The notes under the pieces were generated by a model, which worked only from the letters and a program-made list of their open reading frames with translations, was not told where the DNA came from and searched no databases. This document shows, piece after piece, positions 9,941-18,880 of a stretch of 33,263 nt of DNA. Every line of letters begins with the position of its first letter. Position 1 is the stretch's first letter. The position numbers and the translations under genes were made by a program. This DNA is from Myxococcota bacterium (GTDB lineage Bacteria > Myxococcota_A > UBA796 > GCA-2862545): assembly GCA_039208735.1 (NCBI GenBank), contig JBCCQY010000104.1:1-33263 (forward strand), given 5' to 3'.

Positions 9941-10431
9941 GAGCCCCCCAGCACGTCGCCGAAGTCGAAGGCGTCGACTTCATCGCGAACCTCGTAGTCG
10001 ATGCTCTGTCGGAGCCTTCCGGAATCGATCAACGGGTTGGAGGACCCCTTTTGGGCGATGGTCGACGGGGCATTCGGCGGCGTGCGCAGTTCCACAATCG
10101 TGCGCTGCACGTCCCCCACCGCAATGGCGCCGATCTGCTCGAGGGCGAGCGTCGACACTTCGTGGTCGAGCGCATCCTCGACGGCTTCCTGGAGCAGGTC
10201 GGCGTAGCGCTGGGCGTTCCGATCGACCGTTCGCCGAAGGTAGGACCGTTCGGGCACTCGACCGTCGGCCGTGCCGAACTCGTTCGCGGCTGCATACTCG
10301 ACGAGCTGCCGTCCTTCCTTCCCCCGCACGCCCACGTAGACCGCATGCTGCGGAATGCCCTCAAGCACGTCGACGAAGCGGACAAGGGACAGTGCGGCAA
10401 TGTCCTGAAGCGTGGCGTTGATTTCGATCAT
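9937..10431 (-). CDS. Virion morphogenesis / tail completion protein (HK97 gp10-like)
   Basis: YAAANEFGT..VPERSYLR and PPNAPSTIAQKGSSNPLIDSGRLRQSI motifs; ATG 10431 overlaps the upstream stop. Confidence 0.8.
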   Translation of the reverse strand: MIEINATLQDIAALSLVRFVDVLEGIPQHAVYVGVRGKEGRQLVEYAAANEFGTADGRVPERSYLRRTVDRNAQRYADLLQEAVEDALDHEVSTLALEQIGAIAVGDVQRTIVELRTPPNAPSTIAQKGSSNPLIDSGRLRQSIDYEVRDEVDAFDFGDVLGGS

Positions 10432-10808
10432 GCGGTCCCCCAACCGACGAACCGCGGGGACACCGCCGCTCGGGACGCCAGGGCCGCGAGGTACTGCCGT
10501 CCGTACGTGGTGGACTGCATCTCAGCCTGAACGTCGGTCGCCATCGGCGAAGGGCCTGCGTACTGACGCTGAAGGTCCCCGTCGCGTTGGGAGACGAGCG
10601 GTCCCGCCTCTTGGGCCGTCAGCCCTCCGAGGCCTGGGGTGCGGGCCAGGGTGTGCGCTGCCCACCACACCATCATCGAGGCGTACGCCGCCCCGAGCGT
10701 GCTCGCGTCATGCCGGCTCGCTGCGAGTTCGAGGTACACCATCACCGTGGCATCCGGAATGGACGCCATGGCGGGGATGAGGGCGCGGAACAGCTCGAGC
10801 GAGGTCAC
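10428..10808 (-). CDS. Head-tail connector (DUF4054-like)
   Basis: FRALIPAM, AAHTL and STTYGRQYL motifs. Confidence 0.82.
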   Translation of the reverse strand: MTSLELFRALIPAMASIPDATVMVYLELAASRHDASTLGAAYASMMVWWAAHTLARTPGLGGLTAQEAGPLVSQRDGDLQRQYAGPSPMATDVQAEMQSTTYGRQYLAALASRAAVSPRFVGWGTA

Positions 10809-11128
10809 TGCGCGCGCCCCCGCATCATGGTGATCTGCCGCTGCTGCACGTAGGCGGAAATCAGCTGCTGCGTCTCGGGTGCAAGCGCATTGAAGTCCTT
10901 GTCGCTGATCTGAACGACGGGACCGGGTGCCCCCACCTTGCGCTCATCGCCAGGAAAGCGAAGCTTGCCCGGTTCGGGCAGTCGGTCGCGGTCGGTTGCA
11001 TCACCGAGCACGATGCGACAGCGCTCGACGCGGACCTTCTCACCGTCCTCGTCCTCGCTGTCTTGAACGACGTAGTCGACGATGTGCAGGCACGTGCGCT
11101 GCCGGTTTTCAAGCGTCACCATCGTCAC
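10805..11128 (-). CDS. Hypothetical virion-associated protein
   Basis: Overlap-coupled to capsid and connector genes on both sides; start GTG 11128 or ATG 11122. Confidence 0.7.
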   Translation of the reverse strand: MTMVTLENRQRTCLHIVDYVVQDSEDEDGEKVRVERCRIVLGDATDRDRLPEPGKLRFPGDERKVGAPGPVVQISDKDFNALAPETQQLISAYVQQRQITMMRGRAQ

Positions 11129-12360
11129 ACCGCCCTTGCAAAGCCGAGGATGCAGTTGCCCACATCACCGCAGACAAACCCGCCTGTCCCGGCCCATACG
11201 ACCGTGATCTGATCGAGCGGCCCTGACTGATGGACCGGCATCACCGTGGTGGGCTGCATGATGCAGTTGCCCATGGTGTCCAGCTCGTCGCGGTAGGCGA
11301 GGATGCCGTCCTCGCCGTTGGGACCAATGCCATCGAGTTCCTGGCACTCTTCGATGGCCGTGATGCCGGCGCCATTCGTGCGAAGGAAGAACTCGGCAAT
11401 GGTGGTGTCCGTTCCACCGTTGATTTCGTGCTTCCGCGTGTGCAAAAACGCGTGAATGCGCACGGAAACGGCCAAGCGGTTCGGCTTGAACCGTGCACCA
11501 GACTGGATTTTGGGCGTGTTGACCAAGTCCTGCAGGGCGCGCAGGACAGCCTTCGGATCGGGCGTGTCGGTGAAGTCGACCGCCATGTTCTGCTTGGCGA
11601 GCGACGGGTAGTTCAGGATGCCGTAGAGCTTCTTTTCCCGGGCGCCCTTCCAGCTGATCTCGTTGATCTTCTCATCGACCACCCGGCGAGCGAGTCGAAG
11701 CGCCGCTTCGTAGCGGCGCCATCCCGCGTAGTCGGTCGACAGGGCTTCGAAGAAGTTTCGCCCGACCGAAGCGATGACGTAGGCGGTCTCGAACGTCTCA
11801 TCCACGAGCCCGACATCGACGCGGGGAATTGCGTTTCCACCCTGGTGGATTTCGGCATTGCCGGTGCCAAGCTCACGGATGGCCGTATGCTGGCGTGCGC
11901 CGACCGGAACTCCCGTGTCGATTGGAAAGAGCCGCATGGCGTTGAGGGGCTGGCGCTTTTCTTCCCAAATCCGCTTGTGGACGTGGTTGTAGGTCTCAAT
12001 GCGGCCGCCGTGACCGCCTTTTAGCGCCACCGCGTCCTGGCGAAGTTGGGGCAAGCCCATGCGAACGCGACGACGGTTCTCGCGCTGGATCGCATCCGCG
12101 CGAGCCTGCCAGATCCAGGGACCGGGCTCAATGCCGCGCTCGGCCATCGCGCGGTCCATCATCGAATCGCTGTAGCGACGCCACTGGTCGATGACGTCGG
12201 CACCGCCCACGTACCCGGTGGCGGAGTCGTAGCGGGACCCCGGCTCGCCGGCGGCGCGTCGGCCGAACATCTGCACGGCTTGGGTGATGGTGGAAAGGAA
12301 CTTCCCGGTTTCGACCTGCGGGGTGCCCTGGGGGGTCACATCAATGACGTTCACACTCAT
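11125..12360 (-). CDS. Major capsid protein (DUF2184 / HK97 fold)
   Basis: LFPIDTGVPVGA, NEISWKG..KKLYGILNYPS and LDGIGPNGEDGILAY motifs; ~110-aa N-terminal extension. Confidence 0.88.
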   Translation of the reverse strand: MSVNVIDVTPQGTPQVETGKFLSTITQAVQMFGRRAAGEPGSRYDSATGYVGGADVIDQWRRYSDSMMDRAMAERGIEPGPWIWQARADAIQRENRRRVRMGLPQLRQDAVALKGGHGGRIETYNHVHKRIWEEKRQPLNAMRLFPIDTGVPVGARQHTAIRELGTGNAEIHQGGNAIPRVDVGLVDETFETAYVIASVGRNFFEALSTDYAGWRRYEAALRLARRVVDEKINEISWKGAREKKLYGILNYPSLAKQNMAVDFTDTPDPKAVLRALQDLVNTPKIQSGARFKPNRLAVSVRIHAFLHTRKHEINGGTDTTIAEFFLRTNGAGITAIEECQELDGIGPNGEDGILAYRDELDTMGNCIMQPTTVMPVHQSGPLDQITVVWAGTGGFVCGDVGNCILGFARAV

Positions 12361-12361
12361 G

Positions 12362-13507
12362 TCAGGCCCCCCGCTTGATGTCGACGGCGGCGATTTCGTT
12401 TGCGGCCACGCGGCTCGGGCGCACCCATTCCGCGAGGTTGCGAGAAAGCTTCAGCCGACCGGTGCCCGCTGCGTTGTACAGGCGGCCGGCCGTTGCTCCG
12501 GGCGTGAGGTCGACGTAGACGTCTTGCCCCTGGGCGACGCCGTCCGAACTTTCGACCCACACGCTTCCGCGTCGGGCGTGAAGAAACGACTGGTTGGGTG
12601 CGTACTCGCCCTCGAGGGCGCCCTTGAACGGTGCTTCGACGGCACCCGAACGCAGGGACACGCCACCGAACGCACGAGCCAGCGAGGTGTCCCGGTTGGG
12701 GCCCGTGGTGGCCACGACGGTCGCCACCGCAAGCAGCTCGACGTCGAACTCCAGGCCCGCGACCTCAGCCGTCGCGATGAGGGTGGCGCCTGTTCCCGTG
12801 ATGTCGACGGTGTTGGCCGGCAGCGCAGCGTTGAGGGCCGTCCGGGCATTGCCCGCGTAGGTGGCCTCAACAGCGGACGGGGCGAAGTCGACGCGGGTGA
12901 TGAGTTCGCGCTCCCCGGGGCCAAGGATGCGGTAGACCGCAGCCGTGCCCGGTGCGTTGGCCGACTCGGTGACGGTGAGCGTCTGCACCTGCTGGGCGAA
13001 CGCGCTGGTGCTGGCGAGCGTGCCGAGGCCTTCGCCTTCACCGGTGGCGTAGCCCTGCGAGACCACCGCTCGGCCGAACGGAACCGCATCGGCAGTCTGC
13101 GAGATCGTTGGCGTCGTCGCCGTGAGGTAGGCCTCCGCTTCGACGAGGGTGAACGGAATGCCGGGGAGCAGCGCCGTGAGGGTCACCACGGCGGCGGCCG
13201 CCGAGGCCAAGACCTGGCCCCGCACGAGCGGCTCGGCATTGAGGGCATTCGCGATGGCGGTTGCAATGCCCGCTTCGGCGTTCCCGGTTCCGGTGTTGAA
13301 CGACACGGTGATGCCGTTGACCGTGACGGTGCCATCGACGTTGTCGCCCGGATCGCTGTCGACGGTCACGGTCGAGACCTGCACCCGCTGAGGCGCGTCA
13401 TTGAGGAGCGTGCCGTACTCCTTGAGGACGGAGTCCTGCATCCACTCGCCGATGAAGCCTTCGCGGGCTCTCGGCAGGACGTTGTTGAATCCCTGCGAAA
13501 AGCTCAC
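12362..13507 (-). CDS. Capsid cement/decoration protein with inserted domains
   Basis: AVPFGRAVV and RRGSVWV...VAQGQDVYV motifs; sits between DUF2213 and capsid genes. Confidence 0.75.
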   Translation of the reverse strand: MSFSQGFNNVLPRAREGFIGEWMQDSVLKEYGTLLNDAPQRVQVSTVTVDSDPGDNVDGTVTVNGITVSFNTGTGNAEAGIATAIANALNAEPLVRGQVLASAAAAVVTLTALLPGIPFTLVEAEAYLTATTPTISQTADAVPFGRAVVSQGYATGEGEGLGTLASTSAFAQQVQTLTVTESANAPGTAAVYRILGPGERELITRVDFAPSAVEATYAGNARTALNAALPANTVDITGTGATLIATAEVAGLEFDVELLAVATVVATTGPNRDTSLARAFGGVSLRSGAVEAPFKGALEGEYAPNQSFLHARRGSVWVESSDGVAQGQDVYVDLTPGATAGRLYNAAGTGRLKLSRNLAEWVRPSRVAANEIAAVDIKRGA

Positions 13508-14943
13508 TGAGCACCTCCGCGACTCGCCTCAAAGGCGTCATTCCAGGCGTTCAGCGAAGCCTGTCCAAGGCCGCCGCTGAAGAAGCTCGAGGGGTCCGAC
13601 GCGTCGTGGCGGGCCTCGGGTGCCGGAGCGGGGAGGAGGTCCCCCCAGGCCGCGAGACCCGCGGCACGCCCGGTGCCCGGACCGGAATCGGCCGAGTCCT
13701 GGCGGCGGGCTTCTGCCACATCGACCATGGCTGCAACGTACGAAGCATCGGCACGCTGCTGCTCGGTGAGCACACGGCCGACGACGACTTCAGCAATCTT
13801 GACGGCGATGTCCTGGGCCGAATCGCCCTTCTTGATTTCAACGCCCATGTCCTTGGCGAGCGGCTCCATGTCGCTTTTGGCCTGCTGCTCGTACATGTCG
13901 TGGACCATCGACTCGAGGCGCTCGATGTACTGGTCCTTGGTCAGCCGCTCGCCGTTTTCGTCGGTGTAGCCGCTGTGTTCGTCGTCGTCGGTCGACTCGT
14001 CGTTGTCGTCGGTCGGTGACATATCGTGGACGACGGGGGGAGCCGTGTCTTGGCTCTGCGCCGGGGGTTGCGGCGGGGCCATGTCGTTGGTTTCGGCCAG
14101 CTTCGCATCGACGGCTTTGCCGGCCTCTTCATCGCTGTCGTAGCGACGGTGATCCAGCCCTGCGCGAGTGCACAGCGCGATCATCCAGGGACTCAAGCGC
14201 ATGGGCGCTCCTGGGCTTTTGGAGGGGGTGGGAGGAGGAGAGGGGCGGGAGGGGGAGGAGATGACGTCCACGGCCCGCGCACTCGTGGCGCTGTCCGTGC
14301 GAAGCCGAATGCTGCGCCCGCCGCGCGCATCCGAGACGATGGCAAGGTGGTTGTACCGGCGGTGGGTTTGAATCGCGTCGTAGGCCCCAAACTCGGGATG
14401 CACGCCAGGGGTCGCGTCGATTTGCGCGTGGTAGCCGGGCGATAGCTCTTGCTTTTCGCCCGATTCGATGGCGGTCATCGCGTCGCTGCGTCGGACAGCA
14501 AGCTGCACTTGGACGTAGCCCGTGTCTTCGTGCACCTTGACGCGGTCTCCCACGTCCCCCACAGCAAGCTGCTGCCAGTTGTCAGGGTCAACGTCGTCGT
14601 CGGGATGCTCGAGGGTGACCGGGGCGCGGCCGAGCCCTTCCGCCGAATCGCGAAGCACTTCAAACGTCACGAGTTCGCGGGTTTCGGTGCCGTCGGCGTT
14701 CTTGTAGGTAAGGATGCCCGCCTTCGCGGCCATGCCTTCGATGAACAACTCGTTGCCACGCCGTTGGGGCTTGAGCAGCGTGCCGGCATCCTCACGGTAG
14801 TGCCACGCCGGCGTCGAGCCCTTGGGCGCCTCGGTGGGGTCTGCCGCATCGGTGCGCCGCTCGAGGCGAGTTCGGCGCTCGTGGTTGAGCTTGCGCTTTC
14901 GGCGCTCGCGTCGGGTCACAGGCCGCTCCGTGCTTGGGCCCAT
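13504..14943 (-). CDS. DUF2213 prohead protease-scaffold fusion
   Basis: GILTY...RE, PVTLEHP, KQELSPGY and YNHLAIVSDARGG motifs; acidic helical C-terminal half. Confidence 0.88.
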   Translation of the reverse strand: MGPSTERPVTRRERRKRKLNHERRTRLERRTDAADPTEAPKGSTPAWHYREDAGTLLKPQRRGNELFIEGMAAKAGILTYKNADGTETRELVTFEVLRDSAEGLGRAPVTLEHPDDDVDPDNWQQLAVGDVGDRVKVHEDTGYVQVQLAVRRSDAMTAIESGEKQELSPGYHAQIDATPGVHPEFGAYDAIQTHRRYNHLAIVSDARGGRSIRLRTDSATSARAVDVISSPSRPSPPPTPSKSPGAPMRLSPWMIALCTRAGLDHRRYDSDEEAGKAVDAKLAETNDMAPPQPPAQSQDTAPPVVHDMSPTDDNDESTDDDEHSGYTDENGERLTKDQYIERLESMVHDMYEQQAKSDMEPLAKDMGVEIKKGDSAQDIAVKIAEVVVGRVLTEQQRADASYVAAMVDVAEARRQDSADSGPGTGRAAGLAAWGDLLPAPAPEARHDASDPSSFFSGGLGQASLNAWNDAFEASRGGAQ

Positions 14944-15986
14944 TCGCGGTTCTCCACCGAGCCCGCGAAGCCTTGGTGCTTGCGTGCCGCCGTCTCGAGA
15001 GCGCGCAGGGTGTGGGGGTCGAGGCGCACGGTGGGTGCTTTGGACGCCTGTTGCTTGGCCCGCCGCTTTCGGAAGAGCTGGGTGAGCAACATCGTCAGGC
15101 CGACGGCGCCTGCGCCTTGCGCGATGGCACCTGGGCTGTCCTCGTGGTCGTCGTCGGGCTTCGGCAGTCCGGCTGGGGAGGGGCCGACACCGCCCTGCAA
15201 AGCGGTCGGCTCATCGCCTCGACGGCGTGCCGTTCGCTCGGCCTTGCGTGCCTTGTAAAAGGCCCGCCACTTTGGCCCAGCGGCGGCCCCACCAATGGCT
15301 GAGCCGATGGCAGCGCCTGGCAGATTGAGCAGTGGAATGCCCCCTGCTCCACCGATGATTGCACCCATTTGTCGGGGACTGACCCCAGGCGGACGCTCGA
15401 TATCGCCGCGGCGCCGACCCGCGACATAGCCAGGCATGGGTTTGCGCTTGGGGTGACCCGGTTTGTTCAGGTGCCGCTGGATGGCAGCACCGACGTACGA
15501 GCCCGCAAGGCCACCCAGGCCCAGCGCCCAGCCTACGCGGCTGTCGTCGTTGCCGTCACCATCGTTTCCGTTGCGGTTTCGGCGCCGATTCCGAAGGCGT
15601 CGCAATGCCTCGGCGCCAGCGACCAAACCAAGTCCTGCCAATGCAAATCGAGGGTCCGCTTTGAATCGAATGCCGGGTCGCTTCGGCGGCACACGATAGC
15701 CGCGGCCACCGGGGTTCTTCGCCCCGAACAGCTCACGACGCACGGAGCGTTCGTAGGCATTGCGTTCACTGCGGCCCATCGCGGGGATTTGTTTGCGCCA
15801 CCGGAGTGCGGGATGGTTGCCCTTCTGCCGCCATTGCCGGCCCTTGGAGCGGTCGATGCCGTGGGCCGCCAGGATTTCTTGGATCGGCACGACCTTGCCA
15901 CGACGCGTGTCCTCACGCCGTACAGACGGGGTACGGGTGAGCATCTTCAGGTGGTTCAGACTGCGAAGCCGGTTGCGCAGGTCCAT
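14916..15986 (-). CDS. Hypothetical Arg-rich protein with four Gly/Ala-rich hydrophobic segments (possible internal virion protein)
   Basis: 356-aa ORF heading the minus-strand operon and overlapping the DUF2213 start. No family recognised. Confidence 0.72.
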   Translation of the reverse strand: MDLRNRLRSLNHLKMLTRTPSVRREDTRRGKVVPIQEILAAHGIDRSKGRQWRQKGNHPALRWRKQIPAMGRSERNAYERSVRRELFGAKNPGGRGYRVPPKRPGIRFKADPRFALAGLGLVAGAEALRRLRNRRRNRNGNDGDGNDDSRVGWALGLGGLAGSYVGAAIQRHLNKPGHPKRKPMPGYVAGRRRGDIERPPGVSPRQMGAIIGGAGGIPLLNLPGAAIGSAIGGAAAGPKWRAFYKARKAERTARRRGDEPTALQGGVGPSPAGLPKPDDDHEDSPGAIAQGAGAVGLTMLLTQLFRKRRAKQQASKAPTVRLDPHTLRALETAARKHQGFAGSVENREWAQARSGL

Positions 15987-16062
15987 GCTGGATGTCCTCG
16001 ATTCCGCTATAAATCGTAGCGAATGGATTCGTCAATCTATCCAATACAGATTGAGGCGCAGA
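15987..16062. promoter_or_regulatory. AT-rich divergent intergenic region with short inverted repeats (candidate bidirectional late promoter)
   Basis: 76 bp between opposed ATGs. Contains CGCTA-n7-TAGCG, CGAAT-n2-ATTCG and TCAATCT-n9-AGATTGA. Confidence 0.55.
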
Positions 16063-17586
16063 ATGGGCTTCTGGAACGATTTCATCAACCTGTTCAGTGG
16101 GCGTTCCGCACCCCCAACGCTCACGGATGCTACAAATCGTCGCGCGGACAATGCATCGGGTTCACGGGGCGGTGGCGGCTCGATCGTCAATCCGCTGACG
16201 GGACTTGGCGGCCCGCACGACAAGGGTTCGTCTGCCTACCCGAACCTCAACCGGCGTCCCTTGGACGAAGATGAGCTGGAGTCGCTCTACTTGTTCAACG
16301 GAATTGCCCGGAAAATCATCGACTACTTTCCGAAACGCGCGACCCGGAAGGCCTGGGAAGTGCCCGACATCGGCGAGGAGGACAAGCGGCTGCGGACCCG
16401 GTCGAACCTCCGCGAGGGATTGTCGTTGGCTCGGGCCTACGGGGATGCTGTGGTGTTGATGGTGACCGAAGACGATGTGCCACCAGGTTACCGCAACACC
16501 CCCTCGAGGTGGCTCGAACAACCCATCGACCTCGAACGCGTCGGAAAGCTCCATGCGTTGCATGCGCTCGATGTCTGGGAAGCGCATCCGCTCGACGTTG
16601 ACCGCAACCCGCGGTCCAACAACTTTCGCCTTCCCCTGCACTTCTCCGTCAGCACGGAGGGGTTCCAGGCCACCGTTCACCACAGTCGGGTGCTGTTCCT
16701 TCGGGGTCGACGCAAACCGATGAGTCGCGCACGCTACGGGCACCACAGCATCAACCGCATGCCCGACGACTCTGAGTTGCAGGCGATTTGGGATGAGATT
16801 CGGCGGCTCACGTCGGTGATGCAAGGCGGGGCGATTCTGGCGGAGGAACTGCGGCACAGCGTGCTGAAGGTCGGAGACCTCGCCACGCATTCGACGGGGG
16901 ACCAAGCCTCGAAGTTCGAGCAGCGGATCCGGCTCATGCGGCGGTCGTTGAGCCTCATGGGCATGGCCGTCATCGGGCCGAACGACGAATTCGAGGTGCG
17001 CAGTTCACCGCCGAGCGGGTTTGGTGAACTGTCCGAGTCAGGCCAGGCGATGTTGTCGGCCGTGAGCGACATTCCGCGGGTCGACCTGTTCGGGGATGCG
17101 CCCGGTGGGCTGGGTACCGATGGGGAGTCGCACAAGGAAGACGCACGCCAGGCCATCGCCGCCTACCAGGACGACAACCTCGACCCCCTCGAACAGCTCT
17201 ACCAAGTCGTGTATGCGGCCCACGATGGGCCCACGGGCGGCCAGATTCCCGACGAATGGGGCGTGGAGTTCAAGCCCCTCGATGAGCCGAAGGAGCACGA
17301 GGTCGCGGAAGTTCGTCGGTTGATGGCGGACATCGACCAGCTGTACATCGACATGGGGGTGTACACCGAGCAAGACGTGGCGAAAGCGCGGTTCGGGGAA
17401 GACGGTTGGCAACTCGACATGGGGCCCATCGAACCGCCAACGCCTGAAGACCGCGCCATCTTGGAAGGCGCCCGCGAGCGCTTGCGGGTGTTGGCGGGTG
17501 GTCGGCCGTTGACGAATGAGCCAGGAGGCGAACATGGTAGCCAGGCCGAAGGCGCTGGTCCGGTTCCCGCGCCACCTCGAGCGTAG
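16063..17586 (+). CDS. Portal protein (DUF1073 family), 507 aa
   Basis: Start re-set to ATG 16063 (GAGG upstream). NPLTGLG...DK, LESLY..NGIARKIID, ARAYGDA, VHHSRVL, IPRVDLFGDAPGGL and FKPL motifs. Confidence 0.9.
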   Translation: MGFWNDFINLFSGRSAPPTLTDATNRRADNASGSRGGGGSIVNPLTGLGGPHDKGSSAYPNLNRRPLDEDELESLYLFNGIARKIIDYFPKRATRKAWEVPDIGEEDKRLRTRSNLREGLSLARAYGDAVVLMVTEDDVPPGYRNTPSRWLEQPIDLERVGKLHALHALDVWEAHPLDVDRNPRSNNFRLPLHFSVSTEGFQATVHHSRVLFLRGRRKPMSRARYGHHSINRMPDDSELQAIWDEIRRLTSVMQGGAILAEELRHSVLKVGDLATHSTGDQASKFEQRIRLMRRSLSLMGMAVIGPNDEFEVRSSPPSGFGELSESGQAMLSAVSDIPRVDLFGDAPGGLGTDGESHKEDARQAIAAYQDDNLDPLEQLYQVVYAAHDGPTGGQIPDEWGVEFKPLDEPKEHEVAEVRRLMADIDQLYIDMGVYTEQDVAKARFGEDGWQLDMGPIEPPTPEDRAILEGARERLRVLAGGRPLTNEPGGEHGSQAEGAGPVPAPPRA

Positions 17587-18880
17587 GCTTGTCGGGCTGC
17601 TGCTCCGGCGGCAACGCGTCGCGAGGCGGCTCATCCTCGAGCAGTTCGACGAAGGGGTGGAGCCAGAGCGTGCGGTCGAGCTGGTGGGCCAGGTCATGGC
17701 GGATTTGCCCATGGACCGCGACAAGCTCTTGCGCATTGTCGAGCTGGCCGACAAGTGGGGCACGCGGCGGGTCAAGCAGGACGTCGGGACCCTCATCGAA
17801 CGACCCGCCAAACGGCCCAGGACGCCGTCAGGGACGGTGGGTTCGCGAACACCGAAGCGGTCAGAGCCTCGTCGCGATTCCATGGACGAGGAATCGTGGG
17901 TCGATGGCGTGTCGGGTCGAACCCGGGCCACGGAAATCAAGGCGCTTGCCGACATCAACGATGCGGTACGGCTCGCGGTGCGGACCGGGATGGCGCGACG
18001 GGACCTCGAGGTCATCCTGCGCAAGCACTTCGGGGTGGCCGAGCGTAGAGCACGGTTCATCGCCCGAGACCGCGTTGGAACGCTCAACACCGACATCACG
18101 CGGCTCAAGCACCAACGGCTTGGGTTTCGGTTCTACCGGTGGGTGAGCTCGGACGATGAGCGCGTGCGACCGTTGCACGCCGCGTTGGACGGGCGGATTC
18201 GAAGTTGGGACGACCCGCATCCAACCGAGGGACATCCTGGCCATGCGCCGAATTGCCGGTGCACCGCAGAACCCGTCACCGACGAAGACGCCATGGAGGA
18301 GATGCGACGCAACCGGATGCCGGCGGCGGTGGTGGCGTCGACGGTGGCAGGACTTGGGTTGCTGGGCCTTGGGGCGGTGACCGCACGCCGTGTGTTGCCG
18401 CAGGTGTTCGAACGCTTGTCCCGTGCCGGTCGTCCCCCGAGACCGGGCACCATGGCCGCGCGTGAGCGCCGTCGACGGTTCCAGGAAGCCGCTACCGAGC
18501 GCGTGCGTCGAGGTCGGTTGGCGAGTCCTGCCAACTTGCCCGGTGAGGACGTCACCAACGTGCTCAAGCTGCCCACCGGTGGACGCCAATACCTGCGGCG
18601 ACAACGGTCAGCGCGGTTTTCGTATGCGCACGACCTGGTGCGCCGTATTCGCGAGCAGGAGCGCCTTCGGGGTGTTCCGGTGGACCAGCTCTCCGACTAC
18701 GGCGGGACGTTCCAGAGCGCGTTGAAGGCGATCGAGGACGCCAAGAGTGATCGGGAACTGCGAGCGCGGTTGGCACGGTTGGCAGGACGGGGGAGCGTGG
18801 AGGACCTGACGGAACGCCAACGACGCCGGGTGCGGAGTCGACGACGGCGGAAGACGCGGAAGGCCTCGAAGAAGCGGTGA
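17534..18880 (+). CDS. MuF / SPP1 gp7-family head morphogenesis protein with C-terminal extension
   Basis: AGGAGG 5 nt before ATG 17534. RARFIARD, YRWVSSDDERVRPLH and HPGHAPNCRC motifs; ~190-aa hydrophobic then Arg-rich tail. Confidence 0.9.
   Translation: MVARPKALVRFPRHLERRLVGLLLRRQRVARRLILEQFDEGVEPERAVELVGQVMADLPMDRDKLLRIVELADKWGTRRVKQDVGTLIERPAKRPRTPSGTVGSRTPKRSEPRRDSMDEESWVDGVSGRTRATEIKALADINDAVRLAVRTGMARRDLEVILRKHFGVAERRARFIARDRVGTLNTDITRLKHQRLGFRFYRWVSSDDERVRPLHAALDGRIRSWDDPHPTEGHPGHAPNCRCTAEPVTDEDAMEEMRRNRMPAAVVASTVAGLGLLGLGAVTARRVLPQVFERLSRAGRPPRPGTMAARERRRRFQEAATERVRRGRLASPANLPGEDVTNVLKLPTGGRQYLRRQRSARFSYAHDLVRRIREQERLRGVPVDQLSDYGGTFQSALKAIEDAKSDRELRARLARLAGRGSVEDLTERQRRRVRSRRRRKTRKASKKR

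Noticed and set aside
971..13510. Long plus-strand ORFs opposite the structural genes (e.g. 971-2272, 4698-5876, 6012-7484, 12284-13510)
   Set aside because: Shadow ORFs of high-GC coding sequence; the minus-strand genes have recognisable motifs and coupled starts/stops.
14221..14260. G-quadruplex-like tract on +
   Set aside because: Fully explained by the Pro/Ser linker codons on the minus strand.
15760..16062. 608-aa portal start at 15760
   Set aside because: Overlaps the 356-aa gene antisense; ATG 16063 has an RBS and a typical portal N-terminus.
16063..17586. Anti-CBASS Acb1 label often attached to DUF1073 proteins
   Set aside because: No C-terminal 2H-phosphodiesterase with paired HxT motifs is visible; only the portal domain.
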